Positions 47,075 through 57,741 of a stretch of DNA of 64,000 nt are shown piece after piece. Source of the stretch: an uncultured virus (IMG/VR IMGVR_UViG_3300021961_000029). Taxonomy: Duplodnaviria > Heunggongvirae > Uroviricota > Caudoviricetes. Under the pieces are notes generated by a model that saw only the letters and a list, made by a program, of their open reading frames with translations, was not told where the DNA came from and did not search any database. Position 1 is the stretch's first letter. The number at the start of each line of letters is the position of its first letter. The stretch is taken from IMG/VR virus record IMGVR_UViG_3300021961_000029, one strand, 5' to 3'. The translations under genes and the position numbers were made by a program.

Positions 47075-49033
47075 TTAAAATTCTTTTCCTACACCAGAAA
47101 TTAAACCCGGTGGAATAACCGCACCACCCGCGAGTGGTGGACCTGGTAAAACACCACCTTTTAGAACAATTTTTACAAAAGAGTTTGCATCTTTTTCTTC
47201 AGTATGTCCATCTATAATGGATTTAACTAAATCACCTATTTTATTACTTTCACCATACAAGGGTCCTGTTGGTACACCTGATGCTTCTAATTTATTCATT
47301 ATGTTCATAAACGCCCTGTCTTGACTAAATCCCGGAAGAGACTCGGAAAATAGTAACAATATTGAGGGGACTGTTATTGGTGCTTTTTGGGAAAGTGCTG
47401 CATTAATTGTTGACAAAATTGTTTGAAATAAATCGTAACAATTATTTATTTCATTTTGTAATAATTTCTTTAATAAAACTATCAATGAAGTAATAATTAA
47501 TAGATATCTTTTATATTTGTTTTTAATAATTCTTTGTACAATCGTTTGTATAAATGATAAGAGGTCAGTTTTAATTAATTTCCAAAACTCTCTTATGAAT
47601 AACCAAAATAAATCTTTTATAATATTACCTAACGCCTTATAAAATTTCTTAGCCAATTCTTTACTGTTCAAGTAGATATTGGTTAATCCCGTTTTAAATA
47701 TTTTATACAGAATTATTATTGGTAAAAATATTTTGGCGGACAATATAGACATCACCAAAGCTTTTGGTAAGTTTATAATAAAGTTGTTTATTAAATTATT
47801 CAAGAATGCGCTAAGGTCAAATGATGAATCTGATTTTGATAATGCATCTTTAGATACACTTTCTAAAACATCATCAACCGCCTGTTCAATATTTTTATTG
47901 TTTGTTAAATAGATGAAATCTTCGATGTGCATATCGTCCACAGGAACTTCAAAATTGTAACAATCTTTAAATCTCAATACTCTTCTAAATCTATTTTGTT
48001 CGTCATCTAAATCAATACCTTCTACATCGTCAAAATCAAAGTAAAACTCAATGTCTTGGTCGTTTTCACTAAACATATCAACAGGAGTTTGATTCTTCAA
48101 CTCATCTTTCTGGGTACTTGAACCACAAACTTTAAATAACTTATCTATAAGTCTCAGTGATTTGTTTAATGACACCGTAAACTTACTCGATTCACTACAA
48201 CTTGAACCACCTTGTATTGTTAACATCATAGATGTTTTCATAATTTCCTCGATATCAGGAAATTCTAAAGATTCATAATAATCTTGAATAAAATTTTGAA
48301 CTTTAGTTGCACCTGTAGTTCCTTGAGTTAAACCAGTAATTAAGAATTGTTGTGTCGATGCACTCCATTGAGACGTAAACAGGTTTTTACCATTATTAGA
48401 TGAATAGGTGTATAATCCACCTGATGACATTAAATCATATAATTTTCTATTGGCCTTTTGTTTATTCTTATTGGGTGATTTCTTTTCATAGATTAAATTA
48501 CCACAATCAGAATCGGGGTCAATGGTGAATATGTCTAAAAAATCAAATTCGTCTGGTTTTAAAGTGATAGAATCGATATTGAATACTGATTGACTACCAC
48601 AAATACCATCACCCATAAAAAGAGCTTCGGAAAAATGTTTTACTGCAATTTGTTTTGCGGATTTTAAAGTGGTTTTTGCAGAAGACACCGCATACCTTTT
48701 TATTTTTCCCTTCACAAGATTTTTATCTACGTTTACGGGAACACTGTCTTTTTGTGTTGCGGTTGTATCTTTTTTTGTTTTTTTATTGCTGGTAATGAAT
48801 TGTTCAGCAACGTCCAATAAATCTTTGAAGATGTCTTTATTATTTTCTACTTTAGATTTTAATTTATTTTTTAAATCATCACTTTTTTTAGAAAATAATT
48901 CATTTGGGTCAGGTATATTTTTTTGATATGCGTCAGCAATGGAATTCGAAGCCCCCTTTGGGTCGTCGTTAATTTTTTTGATTGCTTCAATCTGTGACTG
49001 AAGTTTTTTTTTCGTTTCTTTTGAATTGCTCAT
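47075..49033 (-). CDS. hypothetical protein, possibly virion-associated
   Basis: 652-aa ORF. Confidence 0.75.
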   Translation of the reverse strand: MSNSKETKKKLQSQIEAIKKINDDPKGASNSIADAYQKNIPDPNELFSKKSDDLKNKLKSKVENNKDIFKDLLDVAEQFITSNKKTKKDTTATQKDSVPVNVDKNLVKGKIKRYAVSSAKTTLKSAKQIAVKHFSEALFMGDGICGSQSVFNIDSITLKPDEFDFLDIFTIDPDSDCGNLIYEKKSPNKNKQKANRKLYDLMSSGGLYTYSSNNGKNLFTSQWSASTQQFLITGLTQGTTGATKVQNFIQDYYESLEFPDIEEIMKTSMMLTIQGGSSCSESSKFTVSLNKSLRLIDKLFKVCGSSTQKDELKNQTPVDMFSENDQDIEFYFDFDDVEGIDLDDEQNRFRRVLRFKDCYNFEVPVDDMHIEDFIYLTNNKNIEQAVDDVLESVSKDALSKSDSSFDLSAFLNNLINNFIINLPKALVMSILSAKIFLPIIILYKIFKTGLTNIYLNSKELAKKFYKALGNIIKDLFWLFIREFWKLIKTDLLSFIQTIVQRIIKNKYKRYLLIITSLIVLLKKLLQNEINNCYDLFQTILSTINAALSQKAPITVPSILLLFSESLPGFSQDRAFMNIMNKLEASGVPTGPLYGESNKIGDLVKSIIDGHTEEKDANSFVKIVLKGGVLPGPPLAGGAVIPPGLISGVGKEF

Positions 49034-49407
49034 TAGTCTCTATATATTCCTGACGATTCACCTTCTGAATCATTCATCAGTTTTTCTAACAAGACTCTAT
49101 CTTCATCTGTAAGTTGTAGTTTACCACCAGTTGAGTTAGGACCACTTCCTTGAGTTTGTTTTAATAGAGCACTTTGTAACTTAACTAACGAAATCTTTTT
49201 TTCAGTACAATCGTTTAGTATTTTTTGTTGTTCTTTAATTACGGGACCAATCACACTCATATCTTCAGCATCCTTCATGAATGTTAACATTTTTTTTGTT
49301 ATCATGGACGCGGTGTTTTTCTGCTCAACGATATCATTATAAATCTCCTGCATCAATGATAATGCTGAGTCGGTATCTAACGATATAATGTTTTTCTTTT
49401 CCCTCAT
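49033..49407 (-). CDS. hypothetical protein
   Basis: coupled ORF. Confidence 0.7.
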   Translation of the reverse strand: MREKKNIISLDTDSALSLMQEIYNDIVEQKNTASMITKKMLTFMKDAEDMSVIGPVIKEQQKILNDCTEKKISLVKLQSALLKQTQGSGPNSTGGKLQLTDEDRVLLEKLMNDSEGESSGIYRD

Positions 49408-49428
49408 AACATATAAATAGAGAAATTA

Positions 49429-50127
49429 TTAATTTATGAATCCAATCATGATACCTTCATAAACTTTTTTATATCTTTTTAAAGATATTCGTATTTCCTT
49501 AGTTGATAATGAGGTCATCTCACGTAACGATAATAAAATCAAGTTCTTATTGAATTTATTACCCTCACCAACTTGGAAGATTTTTTCAAAGTTGCTAAAG
49601 ATTTCAATTAATGCGTATCCTAATTTTTGTTCGTTTTCATTTAAATCCTCATCTTCCATAAACGTTTCTAATTCAATTATGAATTTTATGATTACATCTT
49701 TATAATCAATATGATATTCGTCTATGGAATAGGAGTGTTCTGTACTCTCCTCTAAATCGGATGAAATGTCATCATACGACACATTCCTATTCATTTCTTT
49801 AGCATCCTTCTGAATTGCCCCCATCAAGTAATTTTTACAGATGGTTCCGAAATAAGAATAAGCTTTGTGATTTTTTGTATGGTCGAATTTGTTAATCTTA
49901 GTCATAAGAAATGACATTGTATCCGCATGTATGTCTACGAATTCAAAGTCTTTTCTATACAATTTATAACGTCGAATTATACTTTCGACCATTATTGTGA
50001 GAGGTTCTCTTAAATATTCATTGAATATCTTATTCTTGTCAGTATCGGAGTCGGATTCTAAGTATCTTACAACCGCTTGTTCTTGTTCCTCCCCAAAATA
50101 AATTTTTTGGGTTCGTTTACGCGGCAT
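49429..50127 (-). CDS. phage sigma factor (gp55-like late sigma candidate)
   Basis: region-2-like INKFD...KAYSYFGTICKNY. Confidence 0.65.
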   Translation of the reverse strand: MPRKRTQKIYFGEEQEQAVVRYLESDSDTDKNKIFNEYLREPLTIMVESIIRRYKLYRKDFEFVDIHADTMSFLMTKINKFDHTKNHKAYSYFGTICKNYLMGAIQKDAKEMNRNVSYDDISSDLEESTEHSYSIDEYHIDYKDVIIKFIIELETFMEDEDLNENEQKLGYALIEIFSNFEKIFQVGEGNKFNKNLILLSLREMTSLSTKEIRISLKRYKKVYEGIMIGFIN

Positions 50128-50129
50128 AT

Positions 50130-50909
50130 TTAATTTTCTACATAGTTTATGTCTCTATTATTTTTAAAGAAAAATTCTTTTTTCGCAGTATCCAACCAAA
50201 ATTTAACTTCTTCGGGAGATAGTCTCATGTCATCGGAATTTTTATAGTTCCAAAATAATGAGTCTTCTCTAAAATTGACGTGTTGATATCCTAATCTTGG
50301 AATGGTCATTACAATAACATTATTATGGGTTAATCTCAATAAGAATTCATACCCAAAAGTTAATTTAATGTTTGATTTTAATTTACCATACTCAGTAATA
50401 ACTGATGTTTTGTACAAACCACCATTGATTTGGAAATTTTGATATTCTAAAAGTGCTTCATTATCTAAAAACCCTTGTTTGTCTGTAAAACCATAAGCCC
50501 AAGTTGATTCGTTTGTATAACTTAAAAAGTTACCTTCAACATTGATGTCTTTAACTAAACTTAAAAATGCACTGACTTCAGGATTTTCTCTTCTATAAGA
50601 ATTTACTAAAGTCAACCAATTTTTATGATATTCATCATCGACTTCTAAAATTGAAAACCATTCGGTTTCACACTTCTCAATTCCTAAGTTTACTTGAGAA
50701 CAAAAATCATGATTACCGGTGTTTTCGATAATATGATATTCTAAATTTGTCTCGTCAATTTTTATTTTAGAAACGACATTAGATGGACCAACAATAAATA
50801 ATTTAACATCATTATAGAATTGTTCTACCGAACTAAACGCGTTTTTAAACATTATTTCATATTCCTCATCCCATTTGTGGATTGGTAAAATTATTGATAT
50901 GTCTTTCAT
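50130..50909 (-). CDS. GT-A/GT2 glycosyltransferase
   Basis: ISIILPIH, NLGI, ILEVDD. Confidence 0.8.
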   Translation of the reverse strand: MKDISIILPIHKWDEEYEIMFKNAFSSVEQFYNDVKLFIVGPSNVVSKIKIDETNLEYHIIENTGNHDFCSQVNLGIEKCETEWFSILEVDDEYHKNWLTLVNSYRRENPEVSAFLSLVKDINVEGNFLSYTNESTWAYGFTDKQGFLDNEALLEYQNFQINGGLYKTSVITEYGKLKSNIKLTFGYEFLLRLTHNNVIVMTIPRLGYQHVNFREDSLFWNYKNSDDMRLSPEEVKFWLDTAKKEFFFKNNRDINYVEN

Positions 50910-51979
50910 GCTATTTCTTCTTTGTTTTCTTCTTTTATTTTATTTAATGCCTTTTCTATCGCATCAATTCTTTTATTGATGAATGAATCAAAAATATTCA
51001 AAATATTATTTTTTGTAATTTCAGTTTCGTATGGTAAAAGAGTATCTTTCATTTTCTGTTTAACATCATCGTTAATTTCAACACCCTCTAACCAAGCGTT
51101 TATATACGTACCAAGAATCTCCACAATTTTTGATTCATCGTATGTCCACATCCCGTTCTCACTTAACCAATCAGGTTCATTTTTAGGAATTTTACCAATA
51201 ATTGGTATACCTGATTTCATTGATTCTAATGGGAAAGTCCCGAAAGTTGAATCTTCGTCAACCCATACCGAAACAACACATTCTCTCAAATTATCAGCAA
51301 ATTCTTGATAGGACATGTTAACCATATCTCTAAACGTCAACCATCTTAAATGAGGGTATCTAATATAAAATTCTGAGATAATTCTTTTATTTGTTGACCT
51401 GTCTTTACACATAATCGCGATGATAGGTTTTGTGTTCTTTTCACTAACTTTAAATTCATCACTAATGATTGGTGGAATTATGTGTACTAAAGACTCGTTA
51501 AAAATCTCACCAATATATTTCTTAGAAAACTCGGTGGTTGTAATCACTCTGTCAAATCCATAATCAGACCATCTGCTTCCAATTGGTAATGTCTCAAATA
51601 TGTATTCTTTTTGTTGAACTAACATAACCTTTACACATCTGATGTTTGCCATGGATTCCAAAACATTTGAATAATATTCAGGTACAACAATTACATCTTC
51701 AATTTTAATTTCAACTCGGTCATCCTTAATGGTCACAACATCTAATTCATTATATGTGTCACCTAACCAAGAATTAACACCTGTGTATGTTTTATCTTCA
51801 ACAAGTAATTTAGCGTTATATCCATTTTGTTTTAGTGTCAGTGCCATATCGTAGATATGTTTAACTGAAGCTCTTGGATTGTTTTTTGTGTCATATACCA
51901 AAAAGTATATGTTATTAGTCTTGGTGGTTAGGTTTTCTAAAGCCACCGACAGTTTTTCTATGTTTTCTTTGTTATTCAT
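50906..51979 (-). CDS. GT-B glycosyltransferase-like protein
   Basis: STFGTFPLESMKSGIPII. Confidence 0.72.
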   Translation of the reverse strand: MNNKENIEKLSVALENLTTKTNNIYFLVYDTKNNPRASVKHIYDMALTLKQNGYNAKLLVEDKTYTGVNSWLGDTYNELDVVTIKDDRVEIKIEDVIVVPEYYSNVLESMANIRCVKVMLVQQKEYIFETLPIGSRWSDYGFDRVITTTEFSKKYIGEIFNESLVHIIPPIISDEFKVSEKNTKPIIAIMCKDRSTNKRIISEFYIRYPHLRWLTFRDMVNMSYQEFADNLRECVVSVWVDEDSTFGTFPLESMKSGIPIIGKIPKNEPDWLSENGMWTYDESKIVEILGTYINAWLEGVEINDDVKQKMKDTLLPYETEITKNNILNIFDSFINKRIDAIEKALNKIKEENKEEIA

Positions 51980-52253
51980 CTTCTGATATTAATATTTCGT
52001 ATTTTATTAATGTGTTATATGCAATTTTAAATGATATTGATAAGTTTGATTCACCAAATTCACCTAACGTTTCATCTGATTCTTCAAATTCATTTAACAC
52101 TCTTTCAATGCAAGTTTTTATTATTTCATATTTGAATATGTTTATCTCTAGCGTTGTGGTTCCGTCTTCGTTTTGGATTTGATTACCCGTTTGACATTTT
52201 TGACTGATTCCATCAACATCGATATAATAGTTTTTACCGAAAATTTCAACCAT
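51972..52253 (-). CDS. hypothetical protein
   Basis: 93-aa ORF. Confidence 0.7.
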   Translation of the reverse strand: MVEIFGKNYYIDVDGISQKCQTGNQIQNEDGTTTLEINIFKYEIIKTCIERVLNEFEESDETLGEFGESNLSISFKIAYNTLIKYEILISEDE

Positions 52254-52828
52254 GTTTTATTTATTTCTGATAATTTATTTATTTGTAGTTTATTTGTAAA
52301 GTTATTATTGTAAAACGTATTAAATTTTATAACCCTCTTGTGGATGGGACATTGAGAAACAACATTAATATCGTCTGTAATCCACACATCACATTTTTTC
52401 CATAATTTTTTTATCTTTTCTGGTGATGAAAAAATTACATTATCTGCCATAATACCGTTTTTTGATAAGAAGAAAAGTGTTGCGGGTTTCGCTTTACCTT
52501 TTTCACTAAGACCAACCAAGGTAATTTTCACATCCTTATTCTCAAAAATAAAACTGTTCAATTCGGTTGCCGCGTGACTGTAACTTAAACCCGCGTGACC
52601 ATATATTTCGATTGGAAAATCAAAATATAAAAATTTGTTAAACTCGTCGATTGATTGAAATTTATATGTACTTAATAAATTCTCAATAGATATAGGGGTA
52701 CCATTAACACCATATTCGAATTTTTCCTCTTCGTCTGATTCGGTGTTTAAGAAATAATCTTTATAATGATAATCAAATTTTTGTATGGTGTTTCTTAAAA
52801 CACCGTCTATACTTACAAATATTTCCAT
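52148..52828 (-). CDS. HAD-like nucleotidase homolog with a degenerate first motif
   Basis: VSIDGVL, DVWITDD. Confidence 0.6.
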   Translation of the reverse strand: MEIFVSIDGVLRNTIQKFDYHYKDYFLNTESDEEEKFEYGVNGTPISIENLLSTYKFQSIDEFNKFLYFDFPIEIYGHAGLSYSHAATELNSFIFENKDVKITLVGLSEKGKAKPATLFFLSKNGIMADNVIFSSPEKIKKLWKKCDVWITDDINVVSQCPIHKRVIKFNTFYNNNFTNKLQINKLSEINKTWLKFSVKTIISMLMESVKNVKRVIKSKTKTEPQR

Positions 52829-52865
52829 AAAGGAAATATAACTTATAATACTTTATAAGTAAAGT

Positions 52866-53582
52866 TTAATCGTATCTTTTTAAGATTTGAGTGATTATAG
52901 GATTTCTTACAATGTCCTCACTACCAAATTCAAAAACTCCAACATTTTTTAAATCTCCAAGTCTAACTTTTGCATCATATAAACCTGTTTTTGTTTTGTC
53001 TTTGAATTTATCTGATTGTTCTAAGTCTCCTGAAATGAAGAATTTAGAATTGAATCCAATACGTGTTAATAGTAGTTTCATTTGAGACGGTGTTGTATTC
53101 TGAGCTTCTTCAAACACCAATATTGTATTATCAACATTCCACCCTCTCATGTACGCTAATGCGGCGATTTCAATAAATCCTTCGTCTTTTAATTTTTCTC
53201 TAGCATCTTTACCAATTATCTTATTTAAAAGATAATACGATGGGTAGATGTATGGGTCAAGTTTTTCTTCCAAACCGCCAGGTAATGAACCCAACTTTTC
53301 TTCTGCTTCAACCGCGGGTCTAACAATAATAATTTTTTCATATTTGTTGTTATCATCCCATAGTAAATCAACCGCCCTTTTCATTGCAATATACGATTTA
53401 CCAACACCAGCTGGACCAAAACAAAGTGTTATTTCATTATCACCCAATATTCTCCAATACTCTTCTTGATTTTTGGTGAGAAATTTTTCTTTTGGTTGTT
53501 TTATAATTTCTCTAATTCTTTGTTTTTTAGCGATTTTCTTATCTTCTATAAGATTGGCGGTTTTTGTTGTTGACTTTCTCAA
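52866..53582 (-). CDS. phoH: PhoH-family ATPase (probable TTG start at 53582)
   Basis: GPAGVGKS, RPAVE, LGSLPG, YMRG, EEAQN, GDLEQSD, DIVRNP. Confidence 0.93.
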   Translation of the reverse strand: MRKSTTKTANLIEDKKIAKKQRIREIIKQPKEKFLTKNQEEYWRILGDNEITLCFGPAGVGKSYIAMKRAVDLLWDDNNKYEKIIIVRPAVEAEEKLGSLPGGLEEKLDPYIYPSYYLLNKIIGKDAREKLKDEGFIEIAALAYMRGWNVDNTILVFEEAQNTTPSQMKLLLTRIGFNSKFFISGDLEQSDKFKDKTKTGLYDAKVRLGDLKNVGVFEFGSEDIVRNPIITQILKRYD

Positions 53583-53607
53583 GTATGTATTTTTATTAAT
53601 ATAATTA

Positions 53608-54204
53608 TTATTTTCCGGTAGAACCAAATCCACCATCACCTCTTTCTGTTTGTGATAACTCATCTACTTCAACGAATGTAATTGAAGGGTATGGGATAAT
53701 CATAATCTGACCCACTCTGTCTAAGGTATTGTAAATTGAAATATTTTCTCTTTTATTATTTAAAATTGTTTTATATCTAATTTCAATTTCTCCCCTGTAC
53801 CCACTATCAATAACCCCAACGCTATTTGTTAATAGTAAATCTTTTTTAGAATTACTACTTCTCGGGAAAACTAAACCAACATAACCTTTGGGTATTTCAA
53901 TTGCAATACCTGTCTTATATGAAATATAATCGTCGGTAAACTCAACATCTACCGCGGTTAAATCCATGGCAGCATCACCCTCTTTTGAGTATGAGGGGAT
54001 GACCGCATTTGGGTTTAATTTTTTTATTTTTACCTCAAATCGATTAACTTGTTCTTCGACTTGATTTTTAATATCATCCCCGAGACTAAATAACAATTTA
54101 TTTAAGTCCCCCATGATTGATTCGTCGTTAGAATCCTCATTTAGGATTTCTTTTTCTAATTCTTGAAGTCGTTTAATGTACGACTCAATTTCATTTTTGT
54201 CCAT
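53608..54204 (-). CDS. dut: trimeric dUTPase
   Basis: AMDL, PRSS, GVIDSGYRGE, RGDGGFGSTG. Confidence 0.95.
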   Translation of the reverse strand: MDKNEIESYIKRLQELEKEILNEDSNDESIMGDLNKLLFSLGDDIKNQVEEQVNRFEVKIKKLNPNAVIPSYSKEGDAAMDLTAVDVEFTDDYISYKTGIAIEIPKGYVGLVFPRSSNSKKDLLLTNSVGVIDSGYRGEIEIRYKTILNNKRENISIYNTLDRVGQIMIIPYPSITFVEVDELSQTERGDGGFGSTGK

Positions 54205-54757
54205 TTTTTTCTTCTAATATTGATAGTTCAAAACCGACTCTTATTACATTAGACAATGTTCCTGAACGATACTTAGCCATTTTGTCATCCGATTCTTTAT
54301 CTGAATTCATTATTGATTGGAATTCATCTTCAGAAAGTTTAACACCATTTGTGGTTGCGTAGTAGACCGCTCTTTCACCGGCTTTCATTGAAACTTCTTG
54401 TTCCGTGAATTCGTACAACTTACCCAAATTTTTTCTGTGCCATTCACTTGGATTTGGTTTAAACATAAATGTTTTACCAATTTGTGAAAGAAAGATACAT
54501 TTGAGAATTGATGATGTCTGAACTCTCATGGGTTCGGGTAACAATTCATTTGTTTTAACAGAATACTTGGCCGCCTTAAAGCAGTGACTAAGTAATCCAC
54601 CGGGATAACATCCGTACATGTCTAGGGATGTGGATGCAGGTGCGATGAAGAAATCATCACCCAAAAAATCTAACAATTCATCTGTAAAGATTTTGTATTT
54701 TGAGTTTGTCTCAAGAAACTTTTTTTTGTTAGATTCTATTTGTTCTGCGGTTATCAT
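54191..54757 (-). CDS. degenerate HD-domain-like protein
   Basis: APAS...YPGGLLSH; the HD dyad is replaced (LSQIGK). Confidence 0.6.
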   Translation of the reverse strand: MITAEQIESNKKKFLETNSKYKIFTDELLDFLGDDFFIAPASTSLDMYGCYPGGLLSHCFKAAKYSVKTNELLPEPMRVQTSSILKCIFLSQIGKTFMFKPNPSEWHRKNLGKLYEFTEQEVSMKAGERAVYYATTNGVKLSEDEFQSIMNSDKESDDKMAKYRSGTLSNVIRVGFELSILEEKNGQK

Positions 54758-54759
54758 AA

Positions 54760-54996
54760 TTATTTGTTTTTAAAGTACTCAGGAGTGTTTTGTGGGTCAA
54801 TAATACATTCGATTGGCATTTTAACAATGGCCAAACTTTCTGATGAACGCATGTCACCCGCTCTGTATTTTGAAACAACTAATGTTGCCTCTTCAACCGA
54901 CTCGGCTTCTACGATGTACTTAACTTTTTGTAATCTTGGATTACCATTTCTGTCTAAATTTTCGGTTTCGTAACCTACTGTAACTAAGTAATGCAT
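54760..54996 (-). CDS. small hypothetical protein (DUF4494-like)
   Basis: YIVEAESVEEA. Confidence 0.6.
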   Translation of the reverse strand: MHYLVTVGYETENLDRNGNPRLQKVKYIVEAESVEEATLVVSKYRAGDMRSSESLAIVKMPIECIIDPQNTPEYFKNK

Positions 54997-55009
54997 GTTT
55001 TTTTTGTTT

Positions 55010-56230
55010 TTAAATTATTGATTTGAAAAATTCTGTTCTGTTTTTAGATACCGTAACTAAAGAATATTTGTCTTTTACGGTTTCATAGAGTTTATTACCT
55101 AAATCTTCAACCATATTTGGGTTTTCAATAAGTAATTTCATGTATTTTGCCCAAAGTTTATGATTTTTATTTTCATGTACTAATAAAGCATTACCATCAT
55201 CCAGTAATTTACCCTCTTTATAAGCGTTTTTTAAATCAATGGTATATGGCATCGTTTCACTAGCAATGATTGGTTTTTTGTGAAAACCAGATTCGATTAT
55301 TTTCAATTGTGATTTATATGAATTGAATTCTGAAGGTATCACGGGTGCTAAAGATACGTCAAATAAATTATAATTTGCACCATATCTACCAATTGGTTGA
55401 GTCCATACCCTTCTATATTTTTTATCACTAACGTCAATTTCAGGTGTTGGTGAGAAATTCATTAAATATGATTTATAGTCTCCATCAACAGTTTTATAGT
55501 TATCAGTGAAAATTTGTTCGTATTTGTACCAAACCGTTTCCATTGGTTGGATTGGTCTTGTTTTTCTTTCGTTGGTTTGTGGATTTACTTCAGTGATTGA
55601 ACCTCTTAAATCATAACCACAAAGAACGAATTGTACGTTATCATATTGATTTGCAATCATTGAGATACCACCTCTAATTTGTTCTAAATCATGTAAGTGT
55701 GTTGAACCACCTAACCATCCGAATCTAAGTCTATCAGATTGTGTTGGTTTTGGTTGGAATTGACTTTCATTTGGGTCAATTGCGTTTGGAAATACCAAAA
55801 CATTTTTTAAATTAAGTTTTTTTCTAAGTCCGTTCGCAAAATGTTCAGTGGTACATGTAACATAGTCTGATTCCTTCATCATGTCCACCTTCTTTTTTGG
55901 CAATTCATTTTCTTTGATATGAAAATACATTGGGTGTCTATGGTCAGGAGACCAGTGGTCATCAATATCCATAACGGTCTTAATCCCTTGGGATTTTAAC
56001 CATTTAATTCTTGAAATATTTTCTTCGTGGCTTGTTTGATGGATAAAACTATGGAAAACAACGATGTCATAGTTCTTAAAGAAATTATCATTGTTCTCAA
56101 CTGATAGTGCGATATCAATATGGAACTCATCTGAGTAATGGTCTCCAATAAATTTATATGGGTCTAATATTCTATATTTACCTACACCATGGGTATCGGG
56201 TGGTATTGCTAAAATTCTAATCTTTGACAT
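55010..56230 (-). CDS. GT-B glycosyltransferase
   Basis: MDIDD, FPNAID, GWLGGSTH, FNSYKSQLKIIE, PIIAS. Confidence 0.85.
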   Translation of the reverse strand: MSKIRILAIPPDTHGVGKYRILDPYKFIGDHYSDEFHIDIALSVENNDNFFKNYDIVVFHSFIHQTSHEENISRIKWLKSQGIKTVMDIDDHWSPDHRHPMYFHIKENELPKKKVDMMKESDYVTCTTEHFANGLRKKLNLKNVLVFPNAIDPNESQFQPKPTQSDRLRFGWLGGSTHLHDLEQIRGGISMIANQYDNVQFVLCGYDLRGSITEVNPQTNERKTRPIQPMETVWYKYEQIFTDNYKTVDGDYKSYLMNFSPTPEIDVSDKKYRRVWTQPIGRYGANYNLFDVSLAPVIPSEFNSYKSQLKIIESGFHKKPIIASETMPYTIDLKNAYKEGKLLDDGNALLVHENKNHKLWAKYMKLLIENPNMVEDLGNKLYETVKDKYSLVTVSKNRTEFFKSII

Positions 56231-56283
56231 TCAAATTCTTTCCTTTTTTATAAAGTATAAGAAAAAAATTCGAAAAGTCAAAC

Positions 56284-56862
56284 TTACTTTGATTTATTTA
56301 CACCCGTAATTTTTCCTTTAAAAACGGAGTCACCCACTTTTAAAACCAAGTTCTCGTTGATGGACATGGTTTGTTGTGCGGTTAATATTTGATTTAACTT
56401 CTTGTCCAAAATTTCAACAACAGTCTTTCTTACAATGTTTTCAATTATGGGGGTTAATTGTTTTACTAAATCTGAACTATCAACTGAAGAACCTTTTTGT
56501 GGTGACGATTTTTTAGTTGACACACCTTCGTTCTCCATTAATTTTTTTGTTTTTTCAACAAAATTTAAATCCAATGAATCCGATAAACTAATTTGAGGTA
56601 TGGGATTTTCAATCATTGCTCTTTTAATTGCTTCAGGTAATTTAGACTCTTGTATTTTTTGAAAATTGGGTTGTTGTGGTTGTCTTATTGGTGCGGAATT
56701 TTCGGTCGACATGAGGTCTTCAGGGTTAGTCCTTAATATATCTTCATTTACATTACCTCTTTCGTAATCACCATTTTCTACTTTATTTAAAATTTTTTTC
56801 GCTTGTACTAATCTTTGCATCAAATCGTTTTGTGATAGTACCCCTGTTCCTGTTTTTTCCAT
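56284..56862 (-). CDS. hypothetical protein
   Basis: 192-aa ORF. Confidence 0.75.
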   Translation of the reverse strand: MEKTGTGVLSQNDLMQRLVQAKKILNKVENGDYERGNVNEDILRTNPEDLMSTENSAPIRQPQQPNFQKIQESKLPEAIKRAMIENPIPQISLSDSLDLNFVEKTKKLMENEGVSTKKSSPQKGSSVDSSDLVKQLTPIIENIVRKTVVEILDKKLNQILTAQQTMSINENLVLKVGDSVFKGKITGVNKSK

Positions 56863-56889
56863 ATTGATTTTTTTATAAAATAAGTATTT

Positions 56890-57741
56890 TTAAAAGAAAA
56901 TTAAAGTCTTGATTCTATTTAATTGTTCTTGTAATTCCACTGTTTCTTCTGATGATGGTTCGACTATTTTGATATTATCTTGTTTTAATAATCTGTCCAA
57001 ATCAGATTCAGAATCCTTTTCAATTCTTCTTCTTGTTCCCTCACCGGCATTAGTGTTACCACCTAAATCGATTTGTGATTTTTTCCAATCATCCATTTTC
57101 TTTTTGTACAAATCGTCAATTGCATTTTTAAAATCGTCAGGACTAATTTGTTTAATATTGTCAACAACTTTGATTTTGGTTTTTAAATCGTTAAACACTT
57201 CAATTTCTCTCTTTGGTACTTCAATGGGTGACGCTGATGGTTTTTCTTTTGGTTTTGGTTCGGGTAATTTTTGTTTTTCGGGTTCTTGTTTAGGTACGGG
57301 TGTTTTACTTGGTTTTCTCTCTTGTGGTGCTGGTGGTGTAGTTCCCCAATCACTTGTTACGTATGTAGTGGAAAAACTACTATCATCACCTTCTTTGTAA
57401 CCCGGTCTTTTATTATCAAACTGTTCATCTTCATAAACTTGTATTGAACCTGCAGATATTCTATCCAGTATAAAAGTTCTCCAACCATGTTCTTTAAATC
57501 CCTTTTTAGACACCGACGGTGGTTGAACCCATCCTCTAAATGATAAGTTTCCTTTTTTTGTTAGGCCTGACGCAACTAATTCTGTTTTAATTCTTCTTCC
57601 TGGTAATACTTCACCTCTTGGACCTCTATAGTCAAAAGAAACGGGCATTCTATTCTTAATAGCATATTCAAGAGTTTTTTGTGTTCCTCTCGAAGGTGCT
57701 TCAGATAAAATGTTTGTTAATATTGACTCGAAATTTATCAT
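56890..57741 (-). CDS. WYL-like domain protein
   Basis: AIKNRMPVSFDY...GWRTFILDRI. Confidence 0.65.
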   Translation of the reverse strand: MINFESILTNILSEAPSRGTQKTLEYAIKNRMPVSFDYRGPRGEVLPGRRIKTELVASGLTKKGNLSFRGWVQPPSVSKKGFKEHGWRTFILDRISAGSIQVYEDEQFDNKRPGYKEGDDSSFSTTYVTSDWGTTPPAPQERKPSKTPVPKQEPEKQKLPEPKPKEKPSASPIEVPKREIEVFNDLKTKIKVVDNIKQISPDDFKNAIDDLYKKKMDDWKKSQIDLGGNTNAGEGTRRRIEKDSESDLDRLLKQDNIKIVEPSSEETVELQEQLNRIKTLIFF

